Shown here piece by piece: positions 1-12,877 of a stretch of 64,000 nt of DNA. Under the pieces are notes generated by a model that was not told the origin of the DNA, made no database searches, and saw only the letters and a program-made list of their open reading frames with translations. The position numbers and the translations under genes are program-made. Within the stretch, counting starts at the first letter, position 1, and each line of letters starts with the position of its first letter. Origin of the DNA: Lingula anatina (lineage: Eukaryota; Animalia; Brachiopoda). The stretch covers positions 10,164,587 through 10,228,586 of the forward strand of contig CM120648.1 of the NCBI GenBank assembly GCA_051362555.1. The letters run 5' to 3'.

Positions 1-932
1 AGATAGATAGATAGATACATACATACATAGGTAGGTAGACAGATAAATAGAAATTTTGTTTATTGTGAACTTTGAGCAAAAACACTGGATCGAAAGAAAC
101 TTTTTTTTGCAATATTAGCAAGTGAAGCAGTTAAGATGCTGTTCTTTCAAATATTGCAACATAATGTCGACATAACTTCTAAGCCTATATCAAAACACCA
201 GAAATGCCTTTCCGTGGCATGCTTTAAAATCATGCACGCTATGTTAGCTACTGTAAATGTAACCTGTGAGGATACCAGTATGTTCAGCTTTACATCGACA
301 GCAAATCAAAATACAGTGCCGCCGGAATCTAACCTTATTTACCGTGCGGGTGCCTGCGAGTTATTCATACGGCCTGTCGCGGCAACCAAGGAAATAACGC
401 TGTCATCCATGCCGTGTTTACTTTCTTTTAACAAAAATACTCCGTCCCTGCCCCGTAGGATAATAATCGTGTCTTAACTTCTGCTAGCAAAAGAGCCAAC
501 TCCTAGCTTGCTGTGAAAAAGGTCGAAGCTGAGCATGGTCGCAATTTAGCGATCTCCCAAGCGTAAATTGACCGACATTGCGCGGTGGATTCAATTCACT
601 TTGATCACTCTACTCAGATCCTAACTTAATTAATCACCCTCTCCATACCAAGGAGAGTCAGCGAAATTTAATTGGAGTAGCTGAATCACAATCCCTCGGG
701 TCTGCATCAGTGTTTGACATGTGTCATCTCATCATACTTAACTATCAGTCCAGGTTAACTTTATACTTGCCGGGTAAACACTGTGATATAGCACTGACTA
801 CTACACAATCACAACTATGTGACATGCGTCGTCTTAAAATGATATCCTTTCTGTTCACATGGGTTTTAAATCAAACGCCTGCCTTTATAATATTTTTTTT
901 CAAATGATATCTAACAATGGGAATAAACTTAT

Positions 933-2665
933 GGCCCTGTCACACCTTGACGACACCTTCACAGCCAGCGAACGCCAACGTATAAAAAATTTGGCCAATA
1001 CGCTGGCGTATGTCGAATAAGTTACGGGTAAGTTTTGTATTAGTTAAAAGCACGCTGAAGCACGCCGGCTTACGTCGTAGTACGTCCAGGTAGTCCAAAA
1101 AAATTTGTGCATGCACAAAACTTTTCGACGTATGTCAACGTATGATTCATACGTCCAGCATAGGCGGGCAATAAGTTATGCGATTGTTGACACCAGTTCA
1201 CACACGTTAAGCTTCGGTCACAACCGGCCGTACGGGCTCTTACGGGCTGTTTGCGTCCAAATTTTGCGCAGAATCTCACGTCCCACGCAAGTCCTTCTTA
1301 CGGAATTTGGAGTTCGCAGACAGCCCATAAGCACGTACGGAGGATGTTGGACATGTCCAAAAGATTCTACGAATAGCTTGCGAACAGCGAGGCCGCAAGC
1401 GTAACTTGCTCCCCTCGCACGGAGTTAGCAAGAGTGTCGCGCGTTGTGCAAGACGCACGTCGCAAGCTATAAAGGAACAAGTGCCCTTTGCGTGTTGAGT
1501 AAAGCCTAGGTCCCAACTACGTTTTGGACGCACGGTTTTAGGTTCCTTGCGTCCGTCTAGGACGTAGCTAGATCGCAAGGAAGAAATCAAGTAAAGCCTA
1601 GGTCCCAACCGAACGTACGGGCTGCTGCGTGTGGTCTACGGCCAAAAAAAAAATGGGGAAAACGTGGGAGTTCGTACGTGAGGAGCACGTCCATCGTGCG
1701 ACTTTTGGAGGACGCAAACAGCACGTAGAAACTTTTCGACATGATCAACAGCGGCTACGTGCGATCTAGCTACGTCCTAGCCGGTGGGAACCAGAAAAAA
1801 CGTGCGTCCAAAACGTAGTCGGGACCTAGGCTTAAGGCGCACGCCCTCACAACTAACGAACAAAGTCGAGGGCACACCGGGAAAGCGTCGCACGTACGTC
1901 ACCCCCAAGCCTGGTGTATAAAAGGCGTGCTCACGACGCACGTTTGTGTCTTTACAATGAACGTCGACTGTGTAACGTGTGCAACAATTTTTAACATTTT
2001 CACATTTTTGCACAATTTAGTTTCTAATATGCCTCAAAAAGGCAATCTAAAGAAGCTGACAAAGTAGAAAAAGGGAGGAGGAAGAAGAAAGAAGAGGAGA
2101 ACAGGAAGCAAAACTGACGTACGCCGTCAGTACGTCACGACAAACGTGTGAGGCAAGTGTGAAGCAAAACTGACGGAAAAGGGCACTACTTTCGCCGTGC
2201 GTTGCATTCCCTTCGTAAGTGGTGAGTGTGTGCCACGTACACAGGAAGCAAGACAAACTCAAGAAATGAGTACAATTTCCACGGCCATCGCTCCTTGCAA
2301 TTAGCGTCCCTGCTTGAAAGGACATCTCATGTGGCCCTTGCGACTCGCAAGGCAGACTTTCCTCTACCTCTACGAACTCCACGGCCTCTGCAACACCCAA
2401 AAATCGCAGGGGACGTACGATCATGAAAGTCGTGCGTCTGGTTGTGACCGAGGCTTTATGTGTAAGTTACTCACAAGTCGTAATACGTCAAGATAATATC
2501 AAGCGTACCCAAGACGTTTGTTCAACCTATGATTAACGTGCATTGAACCGTGCATTGTGTAACTTATATCGAACTTACCTCTAACGCACATTGACATATG
2601 TAGACGTATTTGACACGTTCCGAACAACCCCAGAACTTATGAGCGTGCTACTAACGTTGAGGTAC
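933..2665. mobile_element. Truncated non-autonomous DNA transposon (PIF/Harbinger-like left terminus), interrupted by a nested element
   Basis: CpG-rich island starting GGCCCTGTCACACC at 933. It is absent from the paralogous intron (14001-14300). No matching right terminus seen; right boundary approximate. Confidence 0.5.
1210..2455. mobile_element. Non-autonomous PIF/Harbinger-type element (~1.25 kb), nested insertion
   Basis: TIRs AGCTTCGGTCACAACCGGCCGTACG / CGTGCGTCTGGTTGTGACCGAGGCT, with 3-bp TSD TTA at 1207-1209 and 2456-2458. No transposase ORF. Confidence 0.85.
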
Positions 2666-2762
2666 AATACTTTTTAACCCCCTATACTTACTCATATTCT
2701 CAAAGACAAGCAAAATTTCTTTGAAAGTCAAATGCAAGTTTTAACTGTTTTTGTGATTTCAG

Positions 2763-5700
2763 AATTGCTACAGCTTTGCTCTGCATGCTCCATTGCTCAT
2801 TGTATGTCACCCAGGAGTGTGATATCTTATCCGTAGAAAGTGTGGGTAGATGGACTTTTGTATTTCGTTTGAGTGGAATATGGACAGGGCTAGAAAAAAA
2901 CCTCACCAGATTTATGCAACATCATGCGTGTGCCGGGAGAACAGAGTGAGTACCATTAGTATGGCGCTCGGGTACCTTATTTTAACATTAAAGGTAAAGG
3001 AGGCTATTTTGTGAAATACTCATGGCAACAAATTATTGTCTTCACTGGTGAAAAAAATTGTCTAGTAGGACTATGACTAATGTAAATTAATATACCTATA
3101 TTTCAGTAATTACAAATAAGATGGAGAGTTGTATGTATAACTGAACATATTATATATCAACGTACAGCTGTAGCACGTTTACTTTTGAAGCAACCAGACC
3201 ATAGTTGAATTTGGAAGGGATGCTGTGAAATATTTTGGCGACCACTATGGAATAAATATGTCTGCTGTGACTGATTCTGATATACTAGATGGACGTGTCC
3301 TATTAGAGGACGGAAGGATGGTGTTTCACCCCTACCACCTTAACCCAAATGCAAAATGCAGTCTTGTTAGTGGTATGAACTGATTTATAATTTGAGAAGG
3401 GAAGTCTGGAGAAAAACTTTTGCTGGTGACTTTAAATTTATGTATCCGATTTTCGTAATCCGATCCTACTTAGATTTCGTAGCATACTTTTTCCCCATTT
3501 TATGTCATTCTGAGTAAGTTTGAGCGGATCATGGATTTTTGTATTACGGCGTTTTGTTTCCGAGGTCCTGCCTCATGTGGTACATCTTTTGTTAGTCAGA
3601 GACATACTGTATAATGCGGCCAATAGACCAAGATATCGAGCCATGAAGACATCCTTTACTTGTGTTTGAAGTCCAAACACCCTTAAATGAGTGAAGTCTT
3701 AGCAGTGGAAAGAGCATCTGTGGTAGAAACTGATATATAGGCTATTTATGTCATTTGAGTGGATAAAATTATCATTTGACAATTTGTTACATTACAGACA
3801 AGAGTGCTAGAGGGTTCGTTTCTAACGCGGGCTGGGTGATTGAGGTCATTAACAGCACTCAGGTTTACGGAACTGGGTATTCAGGAATACTTGATGAAAC
3901 CAACTCAATGTTTTATGGGGAATACATAATCGAGGTAAGTGACCTTGCATATAAGCTGTTTTGTCAATCTTAAAAGCCGTAAGTCATATTATAATTTATT
4001 CATTTGATTTCGAGTCTGTGCCCAAGTTTGGATAATTGGCATCAAAATTTGGGAAAAGTTTTGGAAACTAAAATTACAATCTACCTACAGCAAAATGTGT
4101 TTGTAGTCTAATTCTATACAAACTGTTCTTGTCCAAACTAATTTTTGGAACCTAGAATTTTATTATTTTTTCTGTTCTTAGGAAGTTTTTTCTCCTAGGT
4201 GAATATTCAACTTGCTTATCAAATTATGTTGGTCAACTGAAACTATACAAGGCTATATATAGCTAATTAAAATACACAGACAAAAATGTTGTCATACCTC
4301 CAATTCGATCCATGTATTTTTTTAACAAATGATCACCTCACAGTTGTAAATTGTTACAAACAGTGTTTTTATATTCAAGTCATCATAATCTTACTTGATT
4401 AATGGTACATAAAATACAAAATATGCACCGGAAATAAGATACTAATTCCTTTATTGTATGGAATCTTTTTAGTGTATTTTGATAAATCCATAGTGGTTGC
4501 TAACATTTTTCACTAATATTGGATAAAATCATTAATTCATTTCACTTTTTTAACATAATTCTGAGCTACCTGCAAAATTTTAATATAATAATTAATAATT
4601 ATCCAGATGTCAACAGATTTTGCAACAAGTGATGTTATTTTAAAACATTTAACACGCCTAACAGGGGCGTATCCAGGAATATTTGAAAGAAGGGTGGTCC
4701 ATTTTTTAGGAGTCACAGATGTAAAGCCGACCCTAACCCCATTGGCGAGACATTGGCATTTCAAAGGGTGAATGGTGCCATTTGGTTTGAGTTACAAACT
4801 ACAATTCAGCTAGTTCAGCTATTCAAAGTTCCAATTTTTTCAGAAACCGAAGGGGGGGGGGGAGGCAGCACCGTCTGACAACCCCCCCCCCCCACCTAAA
4901 TCCATCACTGACTGAGAACTAAGTACTAAAAGTATTCGTGTAACTTTATTTCACTGACAATGCTGCTGTTTCACACAGTGAAGCAGAACTTCAGATCCTT
5001 TTAGACTAGCTGTTCAGTGCATGTAAAGACTTGTATCAGTCTGAAGAACACACAAGTAATGCACCATGACTTTGACGCCTCACCCACTTTCTTTATCAGT
5101 GACGTCACTCTGGAAAACGTTCCACAGTTTATCCATCTAGGTTCTGTATCGCTGAATTGGAAAGCCTGCTTTCAACATGGCTAAGCTTTTACGTCAGAAA
5201 GGGAAAATGAGGAACTCACCAACCACACAAACATTGCATTGCATCGCGCGTGCATTGTGAGCTTCTTTGTATAAAAGCAAACCCTGGACAACCATGTTTT
5301 GCAAGAGAAGCTCATATACATCTTTTATATAGCTCTTGAGATATACTCAGATTAAGAAAGACCGGAGAGAGGCAGAAGTTGTTTCAGTGGATCACTGTTT
5401 ATTGCAAATCGGGAAATCATAGTACACGTGAAAAAAAAAAGAAAAAGAAAAAAAATTCTAATGATAATACATTATCAGTGAACATAAGCATAGGAAATTA
5501 GACGTCTCTAAATATATTATGGATATAAAATTGTTATTTATGATTATCAAACAAAGAGCAATACGCATGAAAATACGCCATATAGGTGTGGTACATTAGT
5601 TGGTTATTATGTGAAATGCCCTTACTCCACACGCCTTTCAAGTGAGTCTTGTATATTGAAACACAACGCCACCTTTTTTATCAATAGTAACAAACGCGCT

Positions 5701-6716
5701 TCTTTATTCCTAACCTATTCAACTAAAAGGTAGCCTCTAGCTCAACGTATCCTAACAAACATCTACCTTTCAAAATGTTTCCTCAAGCAATATAAACATA
5801 TTCCTTTTTTCTTAGAAACAATAGAAATAATATGGCTATGCCACCTTGTCAATAGCTCTGCCACTTTATTCAATAGGACCTCCAATTTTCTAAAGAACTA
5901 TTATGTTTTAGAACTACTCAGGTTCTGAATCAAATATAATATTTTAATGTTTTATTACTAAAAAGAAATACAATATATTTTCAGTTACACTTGTTGATAA
6001 TGAACATAATAATACTGCATTTTAAATATTATGTTACTGAATTTCTTTATATATCATTAATGATTTAAGCAATGTACATAGTTAACAAGATTTTACTAAA
6101 ACAGGCATTTATTTGATCTAAAAAGGATAGGAATGACATTTACAGTCAGGTGCAATTCTAATTTCAAAAGGGGAGCATTGGTGTGATTTTTTTCAGAAAT
6201 CGAAGGGGGGGTGGGTGGACAGAACCCCCCTGACAACACTACTACCACCCACCCCAAATCTGCCACTGCCTACAACAACCAAAGTGTGCAGTAGTCTAAA
6301 AACGCCGTCCGCTAGAAGTGGCGTGACACCTTTATCAACAACGTATCGCTTAGGGGAAGTTTGTGGTCTCCGTGACACAGTCTCCACTTCGTTCGACACC
6401 ACCTCCTCCCTCTCCAGCCCAATCAAATTAAATAAGTTATTGTTATTATTAGAGTTAGTTTTAATTTGTAAAACCGCTATTGATAATTCCATTTCAGCTA
6501 GGTAACATACTGTACTGGCAATTTCGGGAATCCTTAAAGTATAAAACACCAACGCCAGCCACACTTCTCAAATCAGGTTTGTACACGTACAAGACTATCG
6601 CATCCTGGGGTGGATTAAAAGGACAGTCATACGGTAGCTTTACCATAGATGGAAAAAAAAGGGAAATCGACGGAGCAGAGACATTCATTGTGTGCGCATT
6701 TAAAAAATGCAAATAA
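2763..6716 (+). CDS. Uncharacterised secreted protein, copy A (exons 2-6; exon 1 lies upstream of the window); functional only if micro-exon 3 is skipped, otherwise a pseudogene
   Basis: Phase-consistent exons 2763-2945, 3107-3130 (in-frame TAA at 3117-3119), 3191-3372 (AAG acceptor), 3798-3934, 6498-6716. Paralogous exon by exon to copy B. Confidence 0.7.
4662..4910. mobile_element. hAT-like MITE (CAGGGGCG.ATCC ... ATCC.[CT]CACTG family)
   Basis: Starts CAGGGGCGTATCCAGG and ends TAAATCCATCACTG. Paralogous copy at 16660-16870; related pieces at 6140-6268 and 18225-18460. Confidence 0.6.
4940..5345 (+). mobile_element. Degraded RTE-clade LINE reverse-transcriptase fragment
   Basis: Decayed translation LFxDNAAVSHSEAELQ ... 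FIHLGS matches the RT motifs L[FY]ADD and FxYLGS. Confidence 0.55.
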
Positions 6717-7702
6717 TGCACACACGATTAATCATATCGGATATAGAACTTCCGTAGAGCAAGAATAACAACGGCAACTAAACTACACAACTAAGGACGA
6801 ATAAATTTAATAAAATTTCCTAGCAGAATCTAGTAAATATAATTGTCATCTTTTTGTTTCAGTTAGATTAACTTCATTGATGTATTGCACTAAAAAATTA
6901 CTTGAGAACTTCAAAACGGATCATTTAGGAAACATGCAGCTTCAGCAAGTTGTTGGTTTTCATAACTTTCATGCATGCTCACAGGCAGCACTAGAAATAA
7001 CTAAAAAGGAATAAATGTCTAAACGTTTTTGTCTCATTGTTCTTGAAATGCAGGGGAAAAGAAAAGAAATTTTACTTGTCGGACAATCCTTGCTCTTGCT
7101 TAAAAAGACACCTTTGCCCGACTCCTCTGCCCCATAAAATATAAACGAACCTACGCACTAGAAAGGCAATAAAGATAGCCACCGTCTTTTGACTTACGCT
7201 GAGATTCTCGGTAATCTTATGAAAAATCGTGTTTGGATCAAATTGAATATTAAATTTTGCAGTAATATTTTAATCAATATAAGTAGGTAACATTCCTTTA
7301 TGGACAAACCGACTATACTGCTATCTACCAATAAGAACTAACAAATCTTTGTGAATGAGAACGCTATGGAAATTGATACTGTTAAGAGCAACATCGTTAA
7401 AGAAACATTTTTGCAACATGCATGACGGACCTGCTTCTTCACTTCCCTCGTTTAATTGTAAACAGTACGCCTGCCTCTAAGGAGTTAAGGCCGTATTTTT
7501 TTCACTGGGTGTACTAGCCTACAGTGTTGTGACAGATTTTTACTCAAACAAAATAATAAAATTAGTAAATAAACAGAATGTATTTTATGCATTTGTCTTT
7601 ACACAACGTTTCTTTATTTACAAATTTAACAACAGCGGTCTAGTGTTTGGAAAATTGATACATCAAGGGAATTGATGGGTGACAGAAGTGGTATCCATTC
7701 TA

Positions 7703-7823
7703 CCCTTTTGAAAAAACCTATAGGATCCTATAAGATCCTATAGGATTCTATAGGAAATTGGCCCAATGTCCTATAGGATCATATAGGATGTTATTGGATA
7801 CTATAGGAGTTTTTCATTAGGGT
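7703..7823. mobile_element. Small palindromic MITE with CCC...GGG termini, TA flanks and internal CCTATAGGAT repeats
   Basis: TA|CCCTTTTGAAAAAACCTATAGG ... CTATAGGAGTTTTTCATTAGGG|TA. Absent at the paralogous site near 19790. Confidence 0.75.
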
Positions 7824-8162
7824 AGTTTCAGTTCAAAATATTTTAATAAAATATACAAAGATTCACATTATGTCAAAACCAATATTATGTCTCCAAGATA
7901 TTCCATGTACAAATGATGTGTTCTCTCCTTCAAAACTGCATCAAATATTGTATTTTTATAAATATAAAAAACAACCCTGTATAACGAATGCTGGTCTTTT
8001 TTACAGGAAAGCATAACCAAGAACAATTATAGTTTTACTTTTTTACTTTTGAAATGATGGCTTTTATACGACTTATGCTCCATCTAATTTTCATGCCCTT
8101 GATAGATCTTTTCCGTGACCTAATATGACCTTGAATGTGACCTTTGACACGAGCTGTTCTGG

Positions 8163-9473
8163 TCACACGGTGACCTCAATGACTGTGCCACAAATCTTCA
8201 TGAACTCTACATTGTTCACACGGTGACCTCATTGACTGTGTCGCATATCTTCATGAACTCTACAATGGACTTCGACAGTTCGTCATCTGGATTACCCTCA
8301 CTGGTCGCCAATGCTTTCCGTCCATACTCTTTGGTCTGAAAACAAACACAACTATCATGACTGTATTTTCTTTCTTTCTTTTTCATTATTTACTTGCAAC
8401 ATACTTCGTGTTATTTAAAATGCTTTAAAAATAATGAAACATTAATCAAAATAATCCAAAAATGTTTGAACCAAAATGAAAACGTCCTAATATTTTCTTT
8501 GCAATTATTTCTTTACGGATTACATTAATTTTTCTAATCTAGGAAGAGATTTTTTACAGGAAGGGTAAGGAATAACGAAGTAAAATTTTATCAGCTGATT
8601 TTGTTACGTCACTAAAAAATACAAATTTTTCTGCCCCATTTATTAACTTTTCACTTTTCGTCTTTCTGAAACATACTTTCTCCACTTTATGTAGTATAAT
8701 AAACAGCACAGCCAAAGCATTTCAAATCTTGGTAACAATTTCAGGTTTTTTATTTGGCTGTTGATTTCTGATGTCATATATCGCATTTAGGACCTGTTTG
8801 GCTTCTGCTTCGTGTGCCTCGTCTAAAATATATGTTAAAAATTTTGGAATATAGGATAAATGGTTTGACAGTGTCATTCCAACTTACAGTCAGATAGGAT
8901 AAATGTAACTAAGTAATGTACCATTATATCCATTGAGAAAGGTAATAAGGCAATAATAAAAATTTCCAAATGAACAACAACAACAAAAAAAAAAAAATGA
9001 AAATTGGAAGTAAAATAAAATATAAATGGTATACTAATAGAAAACCTGTTCTTGTGCATTTGGTTAATCAATCAATACAAACTAAATGTTTTCCCAAAGC
9101 ACATTGCTGTAAGTCTTTGAAAATATCAACTTTTCAAAAATAAAATAATAAAAATGTAAGAATAAAACTAATGAAATATTAGAAATATTTAAGGATGTTA
9201 ACATTTTAAGATATTATGGCACATAAATATCATAATGGCAGGATGGCTTGGAGCAAGTTCATAGACATGCTTATGAAAGGAGGCCAACAGGCCGCCGATG
9301 GACAATGGCAAAATCCATATATTCCAATTTCCAGTCAGTTAAAAAACACTCACCAAGGCCCTCTTCTTCCTCTTTGTTTATCTCCATGGCAATGGCTCCT
9401 ATCCCTGTGGTATCTATGAGAGTGGCTTTTGGAAACCCTATTTTTGTAAGTGATTGTACCAGGTAGCTGTGAC
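8163..9473 (-). pseudogene. ZMYND12: Duplicated 3' fragment of ZMYND12 (last three exons)
   Basis: Copies of exons 6-8 (~9353-9473, ~8679-8823, ~8216-8335). Exon 6 copy reads VTATWYNHLQK* (indel and stop). Exons 1-5 are missing. Confidence 0.9.
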
Positions 9474-9544
9474 CTGGAATATACATAATACCACAACTAA
9501 AGCAATTGTCAGTGTTCATACCAGCTGCCTTTACCTGTAATATA

Positions 9545-10560
9545 CTTAATGTCACGACTAAAGCGATTGTCAATGATCTTACGTTGTCTATAACTTGAAT
9601 GTATGCAATGTCATTTTTTCTTTAATTTTGACTTGACGTTAATAAACGGAATCAGTATGTGAAGATACCTGTATATTTCGATGAAGAGTCTATGTGTAAA
9701 AGAAAATCAATGCAATGTTTTTGTTAGTATTTTTAAGAGTGTCACCTACACAGATACGTAGAAAAGGTCACCGGTATAAGTTCAAGCAACATAAAAAGGT
9801 AATTTATGCCAGAGCGTCGTTACCCTATAATTGACACACAAAGCTGTGAAGGTAAACAACAACAACAACAATAATAATAATAACAATATTAATAATAATA
9901 TAGGACTGTCAGTCCCATATGACGATGATCATGAGCACTGCTATATATGCACACGTACATTGTAAATGTACCTTGACAAGAAGCCAGTATTTTCAGTTTT
10001 AGATCTGCAACAAATAAAAATATATAGTTCTTACATTTGTAATGGTTTTATTTATTTTCAATGCAGGGTCATACGATTCGCTCAACATTATAATGTTAGG
10101 GTATCTGCGTGTTACGGGTACTTTGCAATATATTTGCAAATGCCTCTATATAGATGTTTAAATATTCCGCACAGCTGCTTATCCCTCCCCCCTCCCCATT
10201 CAGTTTTTTAGAAAAGATGTAGATATCTCCTTTTAAAATGCCAGAAAGACATATCGGTCTAAATGTTTATGTCATGTACTTGAATCGGTCTAAATGTTTA
10301 TGTCATGTACTTGAAAGGTACACAACATTAAATACTTTCTTGCTGAGACTTGTTAAGGAATGGTTTGCAAATAAGAAAAGCTTGTCTACTTTCTGGGGGA
10401 AATGAGATTACAATTGACAATGGGAGATACTTTTATACGCATAATATGAACATTGAGGCCGGTTGAGTTCAAGGGCGTCAGCTCCTGGGATCAGTTTTCC
10501 ATTTGTGGGTTTTATAATTTTCGAGAGTCGATCATAATTTACACTCTATATTTTCGTCTT
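9545..10560 (+). repeat. ~1-kb block duplicated at 12540-13540
   Basis: Colinear similarity, for example aatgtcac[ga]actaaagc[ga]attgtca, atacctgtatatttcgatgaag, aatattccgcacagctgct and caagggcgtcag in both. Confidence 0.9.
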
Positions 10561-11076
10561 CCGTGATTGCGCTCCGTTTACACTGGTGTGAGGTTGTATG
10601 CATCGAGCCCAACGTGTCACACTGCACTAAATTTATGAGGGTGCTTTTTAATAAGTTGACAGTTAAAAGTACCCCTATAATGTTGCAATACCAAACACCA
10701 TTTTGTATCCAGTAGGGGTGATGTTAGTATTGATTAGGTCGAGTGCATATCACTGATTCAAAGAAAACACTTTTAACAAGGCCTTCTAAGGAAGGTGCTT
10801 TCGTCGGTTTATCTAAAAAAAAGTATTTTGTTCTTTTGACAAGAAAAAAGCATTCAAAATAACTCTTACAGGGGTAACGTTCTCAAAATGTTTTTTTTTT
10901 ATAGTTTTTACACGGCCTTACTACCTGTACCCCCCCCCCCCCCCCCCCTCAACACACACAACCATCCCTAACTCTCCAGGTTAAATGAGTTTTAAAAACA
11001 TTTCGCTGACGATACAATCCCCAGATTGTGAGAAGAAGCATCGGACGTTCTTCACTAACGTAAAACCTGATACAAT

Positions 11077-12846
11077 ATGTTGAGGTAAGTCGTTATATTT
11101 ACCTGCGTTCCGAACCTTTAACCATGGAATTGTGGCGATTTCTGTATGCTTACTCTAAGCGGCATTTTGATGTATACGGTGAGGTAGACGATTCAGATAA
11201 ATGCTCGTGACCCGCATGGAATATATGACAATAAATAAATAAATAAATAAATAAATGTAAAACACATTGCAAGTTTATTGCTCTTGGAGCATTCAGATTT
11301 CAATCAACGTCGATCTGGTTTTTACAACATCTTCAGTCCCTGAAAAAGATACGTATTCAGTAATAAAGGTTGAAAATGATAATTAACTCGAGATAAGTTT
11401 ACAACTTTGAGGGAAACAGTTGCTCGCATAAATGCTGTCGTTGTAGAACAAAGCCCATTTGATAGGATGGCCTGTTATGTTATATGCTCTCAATAACCAG
11501 TTTTTCTCGTCAAATCTGACGTGCATAGTCAAGCCTTGGTGTCCCGAACCGTGCAATGAATAATAATCACAAACAGGTTTGAAATACTTTCACCGTTATA
11601 TAGGATATATCGGATAACGCATTAAGATTATTTTCCAGATTTGCGGTCAAAACATCAACGTGTAAATCGCTATGAGGAAATCTAGCGCTCACAACTATAA
11701 CCAGTTTCAATTATTAAATAGTCATTGGCGTTTTCATTTACATTCTGCAGATTGTGTGGAGTCCCACTCTTTAGAATCTTAAAAAAGCAAGGATCCTTAG
11801 AGTTAACTTCTTAATCAGATAAATTAATTATTAACAAGACTACTTTAGTTCTTGGTGTCCGGAATCCTTCAATGAATCAAAATTATTCATTAACTGAAGC
11901 ATTTATTTATAATATTACCAAGATAACGTCTCAAAATGAAACCAGTTTAAATCCACCAGAGCGTCCATTTTGTCATTCTGTACTGCTGGGTGAAATTAGA
12001 GTTTCGATCCTACGATTATATATATATAAGCACTTGATCGAAAGAAACATTTCTTCTTGCAATATCAGCAAGTGAAGCAGTCAAGATGCTGTTCCTTCAA
12101 ATATTGCAAAAATTACCTAATGCCGACATAACCTCCAAGGCTATATCAAAACACCAAAAATGCCTTTCCGCAGCGTGCTTTAAAATCATACACACTATGT
12201 TAGCTACTGTAAATGTAACCTGTGGGGATACCAGTATGTTCAGCTTTACATCGACAGCAATGTAAAATTTTTGTGCCGCTCGAATCTAACCTTAACTATC
12301 ACTTGGTATTTTTATTTCGATGATGTTTTTCAATCCAATCAATTTAAATGTGCATAATTATCAATAAGCTGACAAGTGTCAATAAGATTGTTTGCCTATC
12401 TGGGCTACTCGTAAAACATGAAAAGTTTATATCACTGATTTTTGTGTCATCGTGTCACCTGGCAAGCGAACGGAATACATCGCCTTCCAAATTTTGCAAA
12501 CCATAACCCAAGGATTTTTAAAAGATAATTACGACACAACTAATGTCACAACTAAAGCAATTGTCAGCGATCTTAGGTTGTCTATAACTTTGACTTGTGA
12601 AGTTGATAAACATTATCAGGATGTGAAAATACCTGTATATTTCGATGAAGGGTATATATGTGAGAGAATATTAATGCAATGTATATGTTAAGATTTTTAA
12701 TAGTGTCATCTATACTGATACAGAGAAAAGGTTAATGGTTTAAGTTCAAGCAAAATAAATCAAAGTAATTTATGCCCGAGTTGTGTAAATTAATACAATT
12801 GACACACAAAGTTGTACGGGTGAACAAGAACAAGAACAACAACAAC

Positions 12847-12877
<31 letters not shown>

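Noticed and set aside
480-720. GC-richer stretch with a small hairpin (CTCTCC...GGAGAG) as a possible ncRNA
   Set aside because: No tRNA, snRNA or snoRNA motifs recognised. More likely an unclassified repeat fragment.
1070-2496. Cluster of overlapping ORFs in the GC-rich island
   Set aside because: They lie within non-autonomous transposons, show no transposase motifs, and are expected from high GC content.
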